Assembly: GCA_002269645.1 (NCBI GenBank)
Contig: NIVC01000920.1
Span: 345,685 to 409,684, forward strand
Direction of reading: 5' to 3'
DNA: 64,000 nt
From: Macrostomum lignano
Taxonomy: Eukaryota
How positions within the stretch are numbered: the stretch's first letter is position 1; each line of letters begins with the position of its first letter. Shown piece after piece: positions 34,645 through 45,585 of this stretch. The notes under the pieces were generated by a model, which saw only the letters and a list, made by a program, of their open reading frames with translations, ran no database searches and was not told where the DNA came from. Both the position numbers and the translations under genes were made by a program.

Positions 34645-36537
34645 TCAGTCCGGTTGACCAGTGCATTCAGGGTTGTTGAGCTCCAGCTGGGCCAGCTCTT
34701 TCGTTGCAGCAGTTGTCCCTCTGGCTCCGCCACCCAAGCCAGTCTCGATGACGAAGTTCTCAAATCCCTGATTCGCGCTGTACTGCGTCTGCACGTAGGC
34801 CGTGTAGGATTTGCCTCTTTGTCGAAGGGGAACGATGCCCAGCTTCAAGAGCTGTCGCAGCTCAGCTTGCAACAAGTCTGCCAGCCTCTTGACAGTGATT
34901 CTGCCACGGCGTCTGACAACATTCAGCAGCGCTCGCGGCATCCAGCTGCCTTTGTGTTGATTCCTGTACGCCTCATAGCCCGCCATGCTGGCGAAGATGG
35001 CAGCAGCGGCCGCCATCTCGGGCGGCAGGGTGCAGCCGGCGGCTTTCGGCGGGCTGACAAATCCCAGGCAGCAAGCAGAAGCCGGTCGGTGATTCTCCCC
35101 GGCCTGAGCAGCGTGAAACCGCGGGCCCCGGCACGCCTGGTAAAACAGCAGGACAAAGCCAGCCAGGTCTTCCACTTTCTTCATCAGATCCTTAATAGAG
35201 ACAATTTTCCCGTCCGATGTTCGAATCCCAGCCTCGCAGCCGTGAGCAGAGATGGCGACAAACAGGCAACGAGGCGTGGTCGACTTGTTACGCCAGTCCT
35301 GAGCGTAACTATCCACAAATTGCAGAGCTTTCTCGGCTGACACGTAGCCATCGTCAGGGCAGAGAGAGCGCACGTTCTCTGATGAACAGCCGAGCTGCCC
35401 CGCAATTTCATCAAAGTTCTCCTTGTCCATTTTAAAACCAGCCCTGTCTTTATCTGTGCTGTCTTTTTCGTACTTGCCGATGATAACAGAAACAAAGGCA
35501 TTCGGCTCCGCCCACTCATAGGAAGGTTTCGAGTTCAGTGCGTAAAGCTGCTCAAGAGGATTGCCTTGGTCGTCAGACACCGTAGGAATCGGCGGAGCTT
35601 CGGCATGCTCGACACTGGCTGCGACCTCAGCTAACTTGCCGCTCGGGACGCCTGACATTCGAAGTTGGGAACACCTGCAGCAGTTGGCAATCCGGTCAGC
35701 CAACCTGTCTGTCGTTACTGACTTGTCCAATGCCTGATGCACATCCTGCCACTGCCAGTTTGGCTCCCCAAAGTTTGGCTTGAGTAGGTAGATCTCGGCA
35801 TTGCAGAGCGTCGGACATTTCGGAGCTTCATCGTCACCGCTACCAGTCTTGCCAACACCCTGTTCGACGCTGCCACTGTACACTTCTGCGCATTCTGTCG
35901 GACAGAGTAAGTAGGCCACTCGAATCTTGATAGGTTCCGAGCTCTGTCTCGAATACAGCGGCTTGTACAGCTCGTCCTCTGTCACAATTTTGCCGCTAAG
36001 CACTGGCTGCATGCAGTTGGCAGTGACGTCAATCTGGTGAACAATCAACGCCTCGCAAGCTTTTTGTGACTTCACGTCAGACATGAACTCTTCAACTGCC
36101 TGATGGTAGCTCTCCACCGAATCGGGCTTTTTAAAATCGAAGTCAAACCGGTTGTTGCGTGATTTTCTGCTCGGAAACTCGACTTGGCTATCTGAGTGGT
36201 GAGTGTCGAGAAACAGCACTGACACTGTCTCAGAAGTCTCGAATTGCGGCAGCTGCGGACAGCTCTGTTGAGTTCTGCTGCATTGATTCTGGTCATTGCC
36301 AGACTCTGAAATGAATTGGAAATTATCATACAATGGAAGTCTTGCCAATGTTAAAAAATAGAATTATCCAGGATGCATTGTAACTTTTCACTTACCTTCA
36401 AGTTCGCAGTCTGGCACTGATGGAGGCCCAACTGCATCTTCTTTGGATGCAACCGCAGTTGCACTGCTCAGCTTCTCATCTGGCTTCACTCCTGACATTG
36501 AATCCTGCAGAGAAGAAAATGACACACTTTCAGACAT
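34645..36537 (-). CDS. Caspase-like protease B (~600 aa) with N-terminal degenerate caspase-like domain
   Basis: Exons 36537-36396 (MSESVSF..; donor gtaagt) and 36305-34645 (acceptor atttcag), phase 1, 1803 nt in total. Motifs: LYALNSKP, DRAGFKMD, VAISAHG..SDGKIV, FYQACRG (Cys codon 35131-35133), FASMAGYEAYRNQHKGSWMPRAL. The start could alternatively be the ATG at 36498. Confidence 0.92.
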
Positions 36538-37922
36538 GGCTAATCTTGGAATTAACTTAACTTTCTAGGCTTTAGCAGCAGAATTTATACAGTTGTGATC
36601 TTGTTTTGCTTTGGTTAGAAAGCTATTTCTAATATTGAGCATTTGCTTTATAATTATATAATTATATAAAATGTACAATGTCTATTTGTATAGCTATATA
36701 TTTATAGCTATTAGCTATTATTTACAAAGAACTAAGGTGTTGTTGCATTATTACCAATGACTCACAACATAATGTGCACATTGATCTATAAATAAGTACT
36801 TTTAGTTGCAATGTAATACACTTTTTGAACATTATAGACAAGTTCCTTGTTATATTTATAAATTATAATCACCTATCCTCCAGCTCTAGAAATTACTCAT
36901 GGGCAAAGGTATACAAGGATGTTAATATGTAGAAGCCAGACTTGATGTGTGTATTTTAAGAAAATAATTAGACAACTTAAGAGATGAAAATCCACTAAAT
37001 AATCCCTTTTATCCTTGCATACTTTTATAGACAGTATAATAAATCTGGGGTCTAATTTTGGTTAATTTTGTAAACACCTTTTTAAAATGTGTATTTATAA
37101 CTTACCAATGCTAAATCCGTAGGCAACATCGGTGCATTGTGGTGATTGTCCTGATTGATACTCATTGTCGCTGTTAGTGTGATTTTATTTAGAGTCAGAG
37201 TTTAATTTCAAACTCGACTTTGTATTTTTGAACTAAGATGCTGGCATTTAAAACTGTTCTATTTTTTCTGTTTTAGTAACGGCCGTAGTAAAACAATTTT
37301 AACTCTATTGTATTTTTTTTGGTAGCAGCAACAATACACAATACACAAATATTATTTATTTTTAAACTGTAAGCCTGACTTAAATGTATTCGATTGTCCA
37401 AACTTTTTATTACGACGAAATTGCCGAATATTCGTACATACAGAAACGCATGGACTATATCGCATAGATACAACTTTGCCAATTTTTCACGTTCCCCAAG
37501 ACGTTTTTACATCTCTGCGTCTTAAGATATAGTCCTGAAGAGTACTGAACATTATACTAAGTATAAAATTCGATTCAAGCAGACTAAATGAAACTACTAC
37601 TCTACTGGGCGACTGATCGAGTGCAATGAATAATTTCTGCCCTCCAGATAAAAGGTTTTAGAAAGTCGAGTCCATCATGCATAATGTTTCAAAACAGATA
37701 TAACTGCTTTACACTCATATCCTTCCAAGTTTATTATTCAAGAAGCAGGCATATTGCATTGATTTATTGGCATAGAACGGAGATTTGGAGATTTGGCAGA
37801 TGACAAGATTTTTAATGAAATTCAAACTCAGCAACATTAATAATACGAGGTCCAACATGCAAATACATACTTATATTACAGTACAAAATTATAGGCTCGG
37901 TTGAGTTGCCAAGCTACAGTTG

Positions 37923-40004
37923 CTAAGGCAGTTCGTTGGCGATCGTGCTAAGTCTGGCCGATGAGGCTTGGGATGATGACGCGTTGCTATTGGTTACCGG
38001 ACTGAGGGACTGGAATAGTTGAGTGAGCGATGACCGTTTTGAGATTGTTGGCTTTCGTAATCCCATCATTTTACCCATCCTCAGAATTCTCCATCTTCAG
38101 CTAAAATTTCCCATCCTCAGAATTCCCCATACTCAATTCCCCATCCTCAGAATTCCCCATCCTCAGAATTCCCCATCGCAGAATTCCTCGAAATTCCCCA
38201 TATCTCCAGACTCACGTCAGCACTGGCGCCTCCGAGTTCGGACTCCAGCGACCCTTTGGAGCGCATACGCTTGTTGGCGAACCACTTCTTCACCTGGGAA
38301 TAGGTCAGCCCGGTGGCCAGGGCTAGGGCCTTGGTGTCCTCGGCACCAGGGTAGGGTCGGTCGCGATGCTGGAGGAACCACCGCAGCAGGTGGTCATTCT
38401 GACTGCTGCTGAAGTTCTGCCTCATCTGCTGCTGTTGCTCCAGCGGCTCCTCGGATAAAATTGGTTTTGGTTGCTGAGGAACAGCGCTTTCTTCTGCCGG
38501 CCGCTTTTTCGTCTTCAAGCTCAGATCCAAAGCTGTTTCCGCCTGTTTGGGAGTTGCGAGATCGAATTTTCTAGAGTGCCTTTCCCTTAGTGTCACTCCA
38601 ATGTCCTGCAGTGTCACTCCAATGTCCTGCAGTGTCACTCCAATGTCCTGCAGTGTCACTCTCTTCCTCAGTGTCACTCTCTTCCTCAGTGTCACTCTCT
38701 TCCTCAGTGTCACTCTCTTCCTCAGTGTCACTCTCTTCCTCAGTGTCACTTTAATGTCCTGCAGTGTCACTCTACTCTCCCTCAGTGTCAATCTACCCCC
38801 CCCTGAGTCTCCCAATCTGAATTTCGACTAACCTGGCAACCGAAGTTAAAGTTGTTGCTAATGACGCCAAGAACTCCGCACGGGAAGCCGAATGGTAAAA
38901 AATATGATTTTGCATCTGCAGTTGGAAGCTGAGTCTGCTCCATCAGATGGGGTCGCTTGCTGGAGTGCGGAAGCTGCGGCAGTCCTTGGCACTTCTCTGA
39001 CTGGCTGGTGACTTGTTCGCCGTTCAGAGCCAGCGGAATTCGCTCCTGCAATGAAATTACAGCAACAGAGCGGTGATTTTCTGGCTACTAATAGTAATGT
39101 AAATCAGTTCATTAGAATGAATGACATGGGTTCAAGTGCGATGGTAGCTGTGGGATGGGGCTGTGGGATGGGGCTGTGAGGCTGTGGGATGGTGCTGTGA
39201 GGCTGTAGAATGGTGCTGTGGGATGGGGCTGTGAGGCTGTAAAATGGGGCTGTGGGATGGGGCTGTGGGATGGGGCTGTGAGGCTGTAAGATGGGGCTGT
39301 GAGGCTGTGGGATGGTGCTGTGAGGCTGTGGAATGGTCTGTGGGATGGTGCTGTGAGGCTGTGGGGTGGTGCTGTGAGGCTGTGGAATGGTCTGTGGGAT
39401 GGTGCTGTGAGGCTGTGGGATGGTGCTGTGAGGCTGTGGGATGGTGCTGTGAGGCTGTGGGATGGTGCTGTGAGGCTGTGAGATGGTGCTGTGAGGCTGT
39501 GGGATGGTGCTGTGAGGCTGTGGGATGGTGCTGTGAGGCTGTGGGATGGTGCTGTGAGGCTGTGGGATGGTGCTGTGAGGCTGTGGGATGGTGCTGTGAG
39601 GCTGTGGGATGGTGCTGTGAGGCTGTGGGATGGTGCTGTGAGGCTGTGGGATGGTGCTGTGAGGCTGTGGGATGGTGCTGTGAGGCTGTGGGATGGTGCT
39701 GTTAGGCTGTGGGATGGTACTGCGAGGCTGTGGGATGATGCTGTGAGGCTGTGGGATGGGGCTTTTTCATACTACTCTCCACTATCAGCAGTAGTCAATA
39801 TAAACTATTTGTATAAATACCAAAAAATCAGGAGCACTGCTGAAGCGCCACTCACCGGTACATGGGATTTTCGCTTCCTCGATCCAATCGGAGTTGAAGA
39901 CCCCGGCGTGTGTGCAGCTCTGTCCGGCGATCTGGCGAACTCCTTCATGACCAGGCTGTGCACCGACTGCTGGCTCTGCTGGGTGAATTCAGCAGAAGGT
40001 GTCA

Positions 40005-40086
<82 letters not shown>

Positions 40087-40784
40087 AGTGTCATTCTACT
40101 CTCCATCAGTGTCAATCTAATTTCCCTCGTGTCACTCTAATCCCCCCTCAGTGTCACTATAATCTCCCTCAGTGTCACTCTACTCTCCCTCAGTGTCACT
40201 CTACTCTCCTTCAGTGTCACTCTACTCTCCCCAGTGTCACTCTACTCTCCCTCAGTGTCACTATAATCTCCCTCAGTGTCACTCTACTCTCCCTCAGTGT
40301 CACTATAATCTCCCTCAGTGTCACTCTACTCTCCCTCAGTGTCACTCTACTCTCCCTCAGTGTCACTCTACTCTCCCCCAGTGTCACTCTACCCCCCTAG
40401 TGTCACTCTACTCTCTCTCAGTGTCACTCTCTCTCACTCTCCCTCAGTGTCTCTCTCTCTCCCTCTCCCTCAGTGTCACTATAATCTCCCTCAGTGTCAC
40501 TCTACTCTCCCTCAGTGTCACTCTACTCTCCCTCAGTGTCACTCTAGACTCCAGAGTCTAGTGTCATTAAGTTTCATCATTAAGTAAGTCAATGTCACTT
40601 TACTATCTACTATACTCTACTCCACTCCACTATATTTTACTCTTACCCCAAATTACGCTTCTTTTGTCCTACTCCCAGTCCATATAGTCTATGGAACAAA
40701 TAGGATATCAGTAAAACAAGCAGACTCCAGATGGCTCACCCAGCGGTCTCCAATTCCACCGATGACGCCCGCAATATTGTGCAT
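37923..40784 (-). CDS. TALE-class homeobox transcription factor (divergent, family unassigned)
   Basis: Homeodomain MRQNFSSSQNDHLLRWFLQHRDRPYPGAEDTKALALATGLTYSQVKKWFANKRMRS (PYP insert, WFxN). Phase-0 exons 39978-39856 (SRKRKS NLS-like), 39045-38833, 38542-38216 (ALDLS plus homeodomain) and 38009-37923. The first exon at 40784-40740 is speculative. Confidence 0.85.
38075..38200. repeat. Minisatellite (attccccatcctcaga) in last intron of the homeobox gene
   Basis: About 6 copies. Confidence 0.8.
38585..38790. repeat. 21-bp minisatellite (cagtgtcactc..) in a homeobox gene intron
   Basis: About 10 copies; same family as 40085-40550. Confidence 0.9.
39145..39765. repeat. 21-bp minisatellite (gctgtgggatggtgctgtgag)
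   Basis: About 29 near-identical copies. Confidence 0.95.
40005..40550. repeat. (CT)n followed by 21-bp cagtgtcactctactctccct minisatellite
   Basis: Direct reading. Confidence 0.93.
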
Positions 40785-41984
40785 GGCTTATTCTAATTTG
40801 TAGTTTTTGAAAACCTATGAAAGTTAAAAGATTTTTCTTGACTAAGCTGCTGCAGGTGATCAGGTCGCGGCCTTTTTATCCTTTCGTGCCGGCTGGCGGA
40901 AGTAGAAGTGGGATGAGAGCCCAAGCAAGGGTTTCAGCACTAGCTGTAAACAATATCTTGTCTCTAAGTCTCTTATTGCTGCCTCCGAAGCTGATTTCTA
41001 AACAGAAATTTTCGCTGAAAGTCTCCACCTAAAGCTGTCAGGCCTTGTGCTGGTGGTGAGGGGTTTTAAATCGTTTCAGAGCTGAGATGCCTTATCAACA
41101 CAGAAAATTATTAACTTCGGGGCCTAGGGGCCTGCTAAGCCTGTGGGGTGGAGGTTGAAGAGGCCGGAGATGCGATAAATAAACAGAGAACAGCTCGGAG
41201 AAACTGGGCACAGGCAGTGCTAGCAACTATAGCTGAAGATGCGGCGCAGATTGCTTGGCTTGTTGCTTTTGCAGAAGAGAAATTCAGTTTGGTGGCTTGC
41301 TGTGATGGAGAACTTTGCTTCAGAGAAGACGGGACAGAGGAATGGCGCTGGTTTTGCTGCTTTTGCTCCGGAAATTGGAGCTGAAACTGACTGCTATGGC
41401 TGTTCTTGATGCAGTCAGAGTTTTGCGATATGCCAAACTTTTATGTTAGCTCTGCTTGTCTGACTCCTGGAAATTTAGTAGGCTTTTCAAGAGACAGTCG
41501 TGCCTACTTATTTTTGAGTACAATTCTTATCCTGTGCTCATCCACGCATTTATGGCTGGGGGAGAAGTCTTCTCTGGTTGGCTGGATCAAGAGCTAGTCT
41601 CTGTTGCTGTTTTGCTTCTAAAAGAATATTTTGGGGCTCGAGAGACCACTCCCCCCCTTGGCCTTTGTTGCAAACTCCCCTAATGCGGCCCCAATTACTC
41701 AAACTTCTCACACACCGGCCTCACCCCATTTCTCTGTGTCATTTCCGTTGAGAAGACCATATAATATAAGCTCAAAAGTTTGCTCTATAGAAATATTGTT
41801 TTCCAAACTCCATGGACTGCTACTGCCAACTGGACTGCGATCCGCTTTTTCTCAAACAGAAGGAAGCTAAGAATTTCTTAGAAAGGAGATTGAAGGCCGG
41901 AAAGTAGCGAACATTTAGTGTGCTCTAGAGCAGGGATTGGCAAACATTGTTAACTAAAACCGTCAGATAGATAAGCTAGAGGCC

Positions 41985-42190
41985 GGAGGGGGGAGAGAGG
42001 AGAGAGAATAGAGAAGAAAGATAGGAGAGACGAGAGACGAGAGGAGAGACGAAAGAGAAGAGGAGAGAGAGGAAAGTAGAGGAGACGAGAAAGAAGAGGA
42101 GAGAGAGGAAAGTAGAGGAGACGAGAAAGAAGAGGAGAGAGAGGAAAGTAGAGGAGACTAGAAAGAAGAGGAGAGAGAGGAAAGTAGAGA
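41985..42190. repeat. Purine-rich tandem repeat (agaggagagagaggaaagtagaggagacgagaaaga)
   Basis: About 4 copies of a 36-bp unit plus a degenerate flank. Confidence 0.85.
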
Positions 42191-43024
42191 GGCTTTAACA
42201 TGTGGGCCGCGGGCCGGAGTTTCATGTCGATCTCTGCTCTGGAGGAATCGATTTTTCCTGTCCGAATTTGTCTATGGCAAACCCCCCCCCTGTTCAGCAG
42301 TGCGCGTTCTCCAGAGCCAGAGAACTAAATGCAGGAATTGTCTGACTTTTGCCAGCGAAAAATTATGCTCCGCACAAGTTTCCAGTCCAGATTAGCAGTC
42401 TAGTAGTCCCCGCGGTTAGTCAAAGCTCTCAACTCAGCTCCCAGCTCATACAGGCACAGACTGGTCTCAAAGAGCTTCAGACGCCCGGGTTCTCCCCCCA
42501 TTTTTCGGGGAAGTTCAGTCATTTCCATGTCTCCCAAGTGTTCCCTCTATGAGCCCCCCCCCCCTACCTTTTGTTCTTGTTTATGCAAGCCAAGCCCATA
42601 GAAGACGAATATAAGAGTGAAATATTAATATCTATACTAATCAAAGTTGAACACAGAAAATGTTCGTTACTGCCGGCTGTACAAGCGGATGTTTAGTTTG
42701 TTTATTTGACAATTTGAAACTTGGAAACTTTACAATAATAAAGATTCATATTTTTATAGATTTGGATTCAACATTTATTTTTGCTGCAGCAGCAGGAAGT
42801 GGATTTCTTCCGAAGCTCTTAATGGTTGTTGCTATGCCATATGGGCCTGTCAACATCCTGTCTGTCTTAATATTGTGCTCATCCGGAACTGGAGTCTGAA
42901 CTGAATCACTCACTTCCTGTCCGAGGGGAATTGTTCTTGACTAAGATTCTTTTTGACTCAAGCCTGATGATTCATGAGCCTTAAGTGCTCTGGATTTTTT
43001 ACTTTTTTATCTTTGAGTACCTGT

Positions 43025-43052
43025 TATAATATAATAATAATAATACTAATAC

Positions 43053-43087
<35 letters not shown>

Positions 43088-43385
43088 TTTTCAATTGATC
43101 ACACCTGCCCTAATGGCCAGATGTGCAACCGACAGCTCAGCCGCAGCCATTGCGCGGCGCATCTGAAGGCTGCGTACGGCTGTTCAGTCCAAGGACTGGG
43201 GGGTTGCCACACACACCCTCAATTACCCCAGCTAATGCTGGCACCCATTCTACAGCTGGGTGAACTGAAGCAGTGCAGAGTTAAGTGTCTCGCTCAAGGA
43301 CACGAATTTTTCCGAGTATAGGTCGAGAATCGAACCCCTGACCTTTCAGTCGTGAGTCTCATGGTGCTCTACCACCAGGATAAAA
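43025..43385 (-). mobile_element. tRNA-derived SINE with conserved central domain and (TTA)n tail
   Basis: Minus strand: A-box-like tggtggtagagc, B-box ggttcgattc, then gtgtccttgagcgagacacttaactc..cacccagctgtagaatgggtgccagc (resembles widespread metazoan SINE core domains), ending in an (att)n run at 43025-43087. Confidence 0.75.
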
Positions 43386-43804
43386 CACCCTAAAACCGCA
43401 TGAAGTTTTGGCCATAGACTAAAACTTAACTTTTCTGACTTAAAATTACGAGTATCAGTTAAATGCAGCTTTCTCATTTACTGAACTGTCAGGCTCATGG
43501 GCCAACCAAGCTAGCGGCTACGAGTAAAAAATGAAGACACCGACAACGACCATAGACAGTGGCTCTGCCAAGTGAGAAATAAATCAATAATTCCCATTCC
43601 CACTCTATTCATTTCCATGGCCCGTAGGCAAGCCTGCGGATTTGAAATAGATAAATTGGGAATGAACTATACTTAATTACTTAACTACGTTTCAAAAGTT
43701 GGAATAGATGCACAGTAAGGTACGTTTTATGGGCCAAAGTTGGTGAGTTCCACACTCATTGATGCATTATTCATGTAGTTTTGAAGCAGTAAGGAATATC
43801 TTCT

Positions 43805-44995
43805 CTCCTGTCCTGGTTCCTGTCCCCCACTGTCCTGTCCTCTCCTGTCCTCTCCTGTCCTGTCATTTCCTGTCCTGTCCTGTCCTGTCCTGTCCTGTCC
43901 TGTCCTGTCCTGTCCTGTCCTGTCCTGTCCTGTCCTGTCCTGTCCTGTCCTGTCCTGTCCTGTCCTGTCCTGTCCTGTCCTGTCCTGTCCTGTCCTGTCC
44001 TGTCCTGTCCTGTCCTGTCCTGTCCTGTCCTGTCATTTCCTGTCCTGTCCTGTCATTTCCTGTCCTGTCCTGTCATTTCCTGTCCTGTCCTGTCCTGTCC
44101 TCTCCTGTCCTGTCATTTCCTGTCTTGTCCTCTCCTGTCCGGTCCTGTCCTGTCATTTCCTGTCCTGTCCTGTCCTGTCCTGTCCTGTCCTGTCATTTCC
44201 TGTCTTGTCCTCTCCTGTCCGGTCCTGTCCTGTCATTTCCTGTCCTGTCCTCTCCTGTCCTGTCCTGTCCTGTCATTTCCTGTCCTGTCCTCTCCTGTCC
44301 TCTCCTGTCCTGTCATTTCCTGTCCTGTCCTGTCCTGTCCTCTCCTGTCCTGTCATTTCCTGTCTTGTCCTCTCCTGTCCGGTCCTGTCCTGTCATTTCC
44401 TGTCCTCTCCTGTCCTGTCCTGTCCTGTCCTGTCCTGTCCTGTCCTCTACTGTCCTGTCCTGTCCTGTCCTGTCCTCTCCTGTCCTGTCATTTCCTGTCT
44501 TGTCCTCTCCTGTCCGGTCCTGTCCTGTCATTTCCTGTCCTGTCCTCTCCTGTCCTGTCCTGTCCTGTCCTGTCCTGTCCTGTCCTGTCCTCTGCTGTCC
44601 TGTCCTGTCCTGTCCTGTCATTTCCTGTCCTGTCCTGTCCTGTCATTTCCTGTCTTGTCCTCTCCTGTCCGGTCCTGTCCTGTCATTTCCTGTCCTGTCC
44701 TGTCCTGTCCTGTCCTGTCCTGTCATTTCCTGTCCTGTCCTCTCCTGTCCTCTCCTGTCCTGTCATTTCCTGTCCTGTCCTGTCCTGTCCTCTCCTGTCC
44801 TGTCATTTCCTGTCTTGTCCTCTCCTGTCCGGTCCTGTCCTGTCATTTCCTGTCCTGTCCTCTCCTGTCCTGTCCTGTCCTGTCCTGTCCTGTCCTGTCC
44901 TGTCCTCTCCTGTCCTGTCCTGTCCTGTCCTGTCATTTCCTGTCCTGTCCTCTCCTGTCCTGTCCTGTCCTGTCCTGTCCTGCCCTGTCCTCTCC
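43805..44995. repeat. (CCTGT)n pentanucleotide satellite with catttcctgt and tccggtcc variants
   Basis: About 1.2 kb; source of the CPVLS ORFs. Confidence 0.97.
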
Positions 44996-45529
44996 TCCTT
45001 TCGTCTCTCCTCTCTTTTCTCGATCCCTTCTAACTTCTTTCTTCACTTCTCTTCCCTTCTTAGTCAGCCGCCACCATCATCCCTTTACCCCTGGGCCCGC
45101 TGCCAGTCTGCAGTCTGCTGGTCTCACCCCCCGTGATTCTCACACCCGTGCGTGCCAGACTTCGAAGAGCTCATTCTGCAGTCCTGACCCTTGCCCAGCT
45201 ACTCAACAACAGTTCCATCTCGTCCAACTCAAAGCCGTGCTCAACCGGGAGTACGCACAGATGGCATTCGCTGTGTCTGCGCGTACCAAAACGTGATTAA
45301 ACCCAAATCCCGTCGGGTATTGCCGGATTGAGGGGAGGGGTGAACTGCTAGAAACCCAAAGCGACTCAGGAGGAGACCAGAAACACAGAGGAAAGCGAAC
45401 TTGGGCTGGAAGCGTCGGTTGCTGTTCGCTCTTCCCTCCCGCGTCTCGTCTCTCTCGGATGTCGCGGATCCCCGCCTCCCGCCCCAAGTCGAAAATCGCG
45501 CATCCAGTCATCCTTTGCTGGCCTGCCTG

Positions 45530-45543
45530 GAGAGAGAGAGAGG

Positions 45544-45579
<36 letters not shown>

Positions 45580-45585
45580 GAGAGC
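45530..45585. repeat. (GA)n microsatellite
   Basis: Direct reading. Confidence 0.9.

Noticed and set aside
34579-35340. 253-aa plus-strand ORF
   Set aside because: It is the antisense shadow of GC-rich caspase B.
41100-41850. Gln/Ser-rich minus-strand reading upstream of the homeobox gene
   Set aside because: It is interrupted by stops, with no consistent splice sites or known motif.
43759-45296. Cys-rich 424-aa and 363-aa ORFs (metallothionein/keratin-associated-like)
   Set aside because: They are translations of (CCTGT)n.
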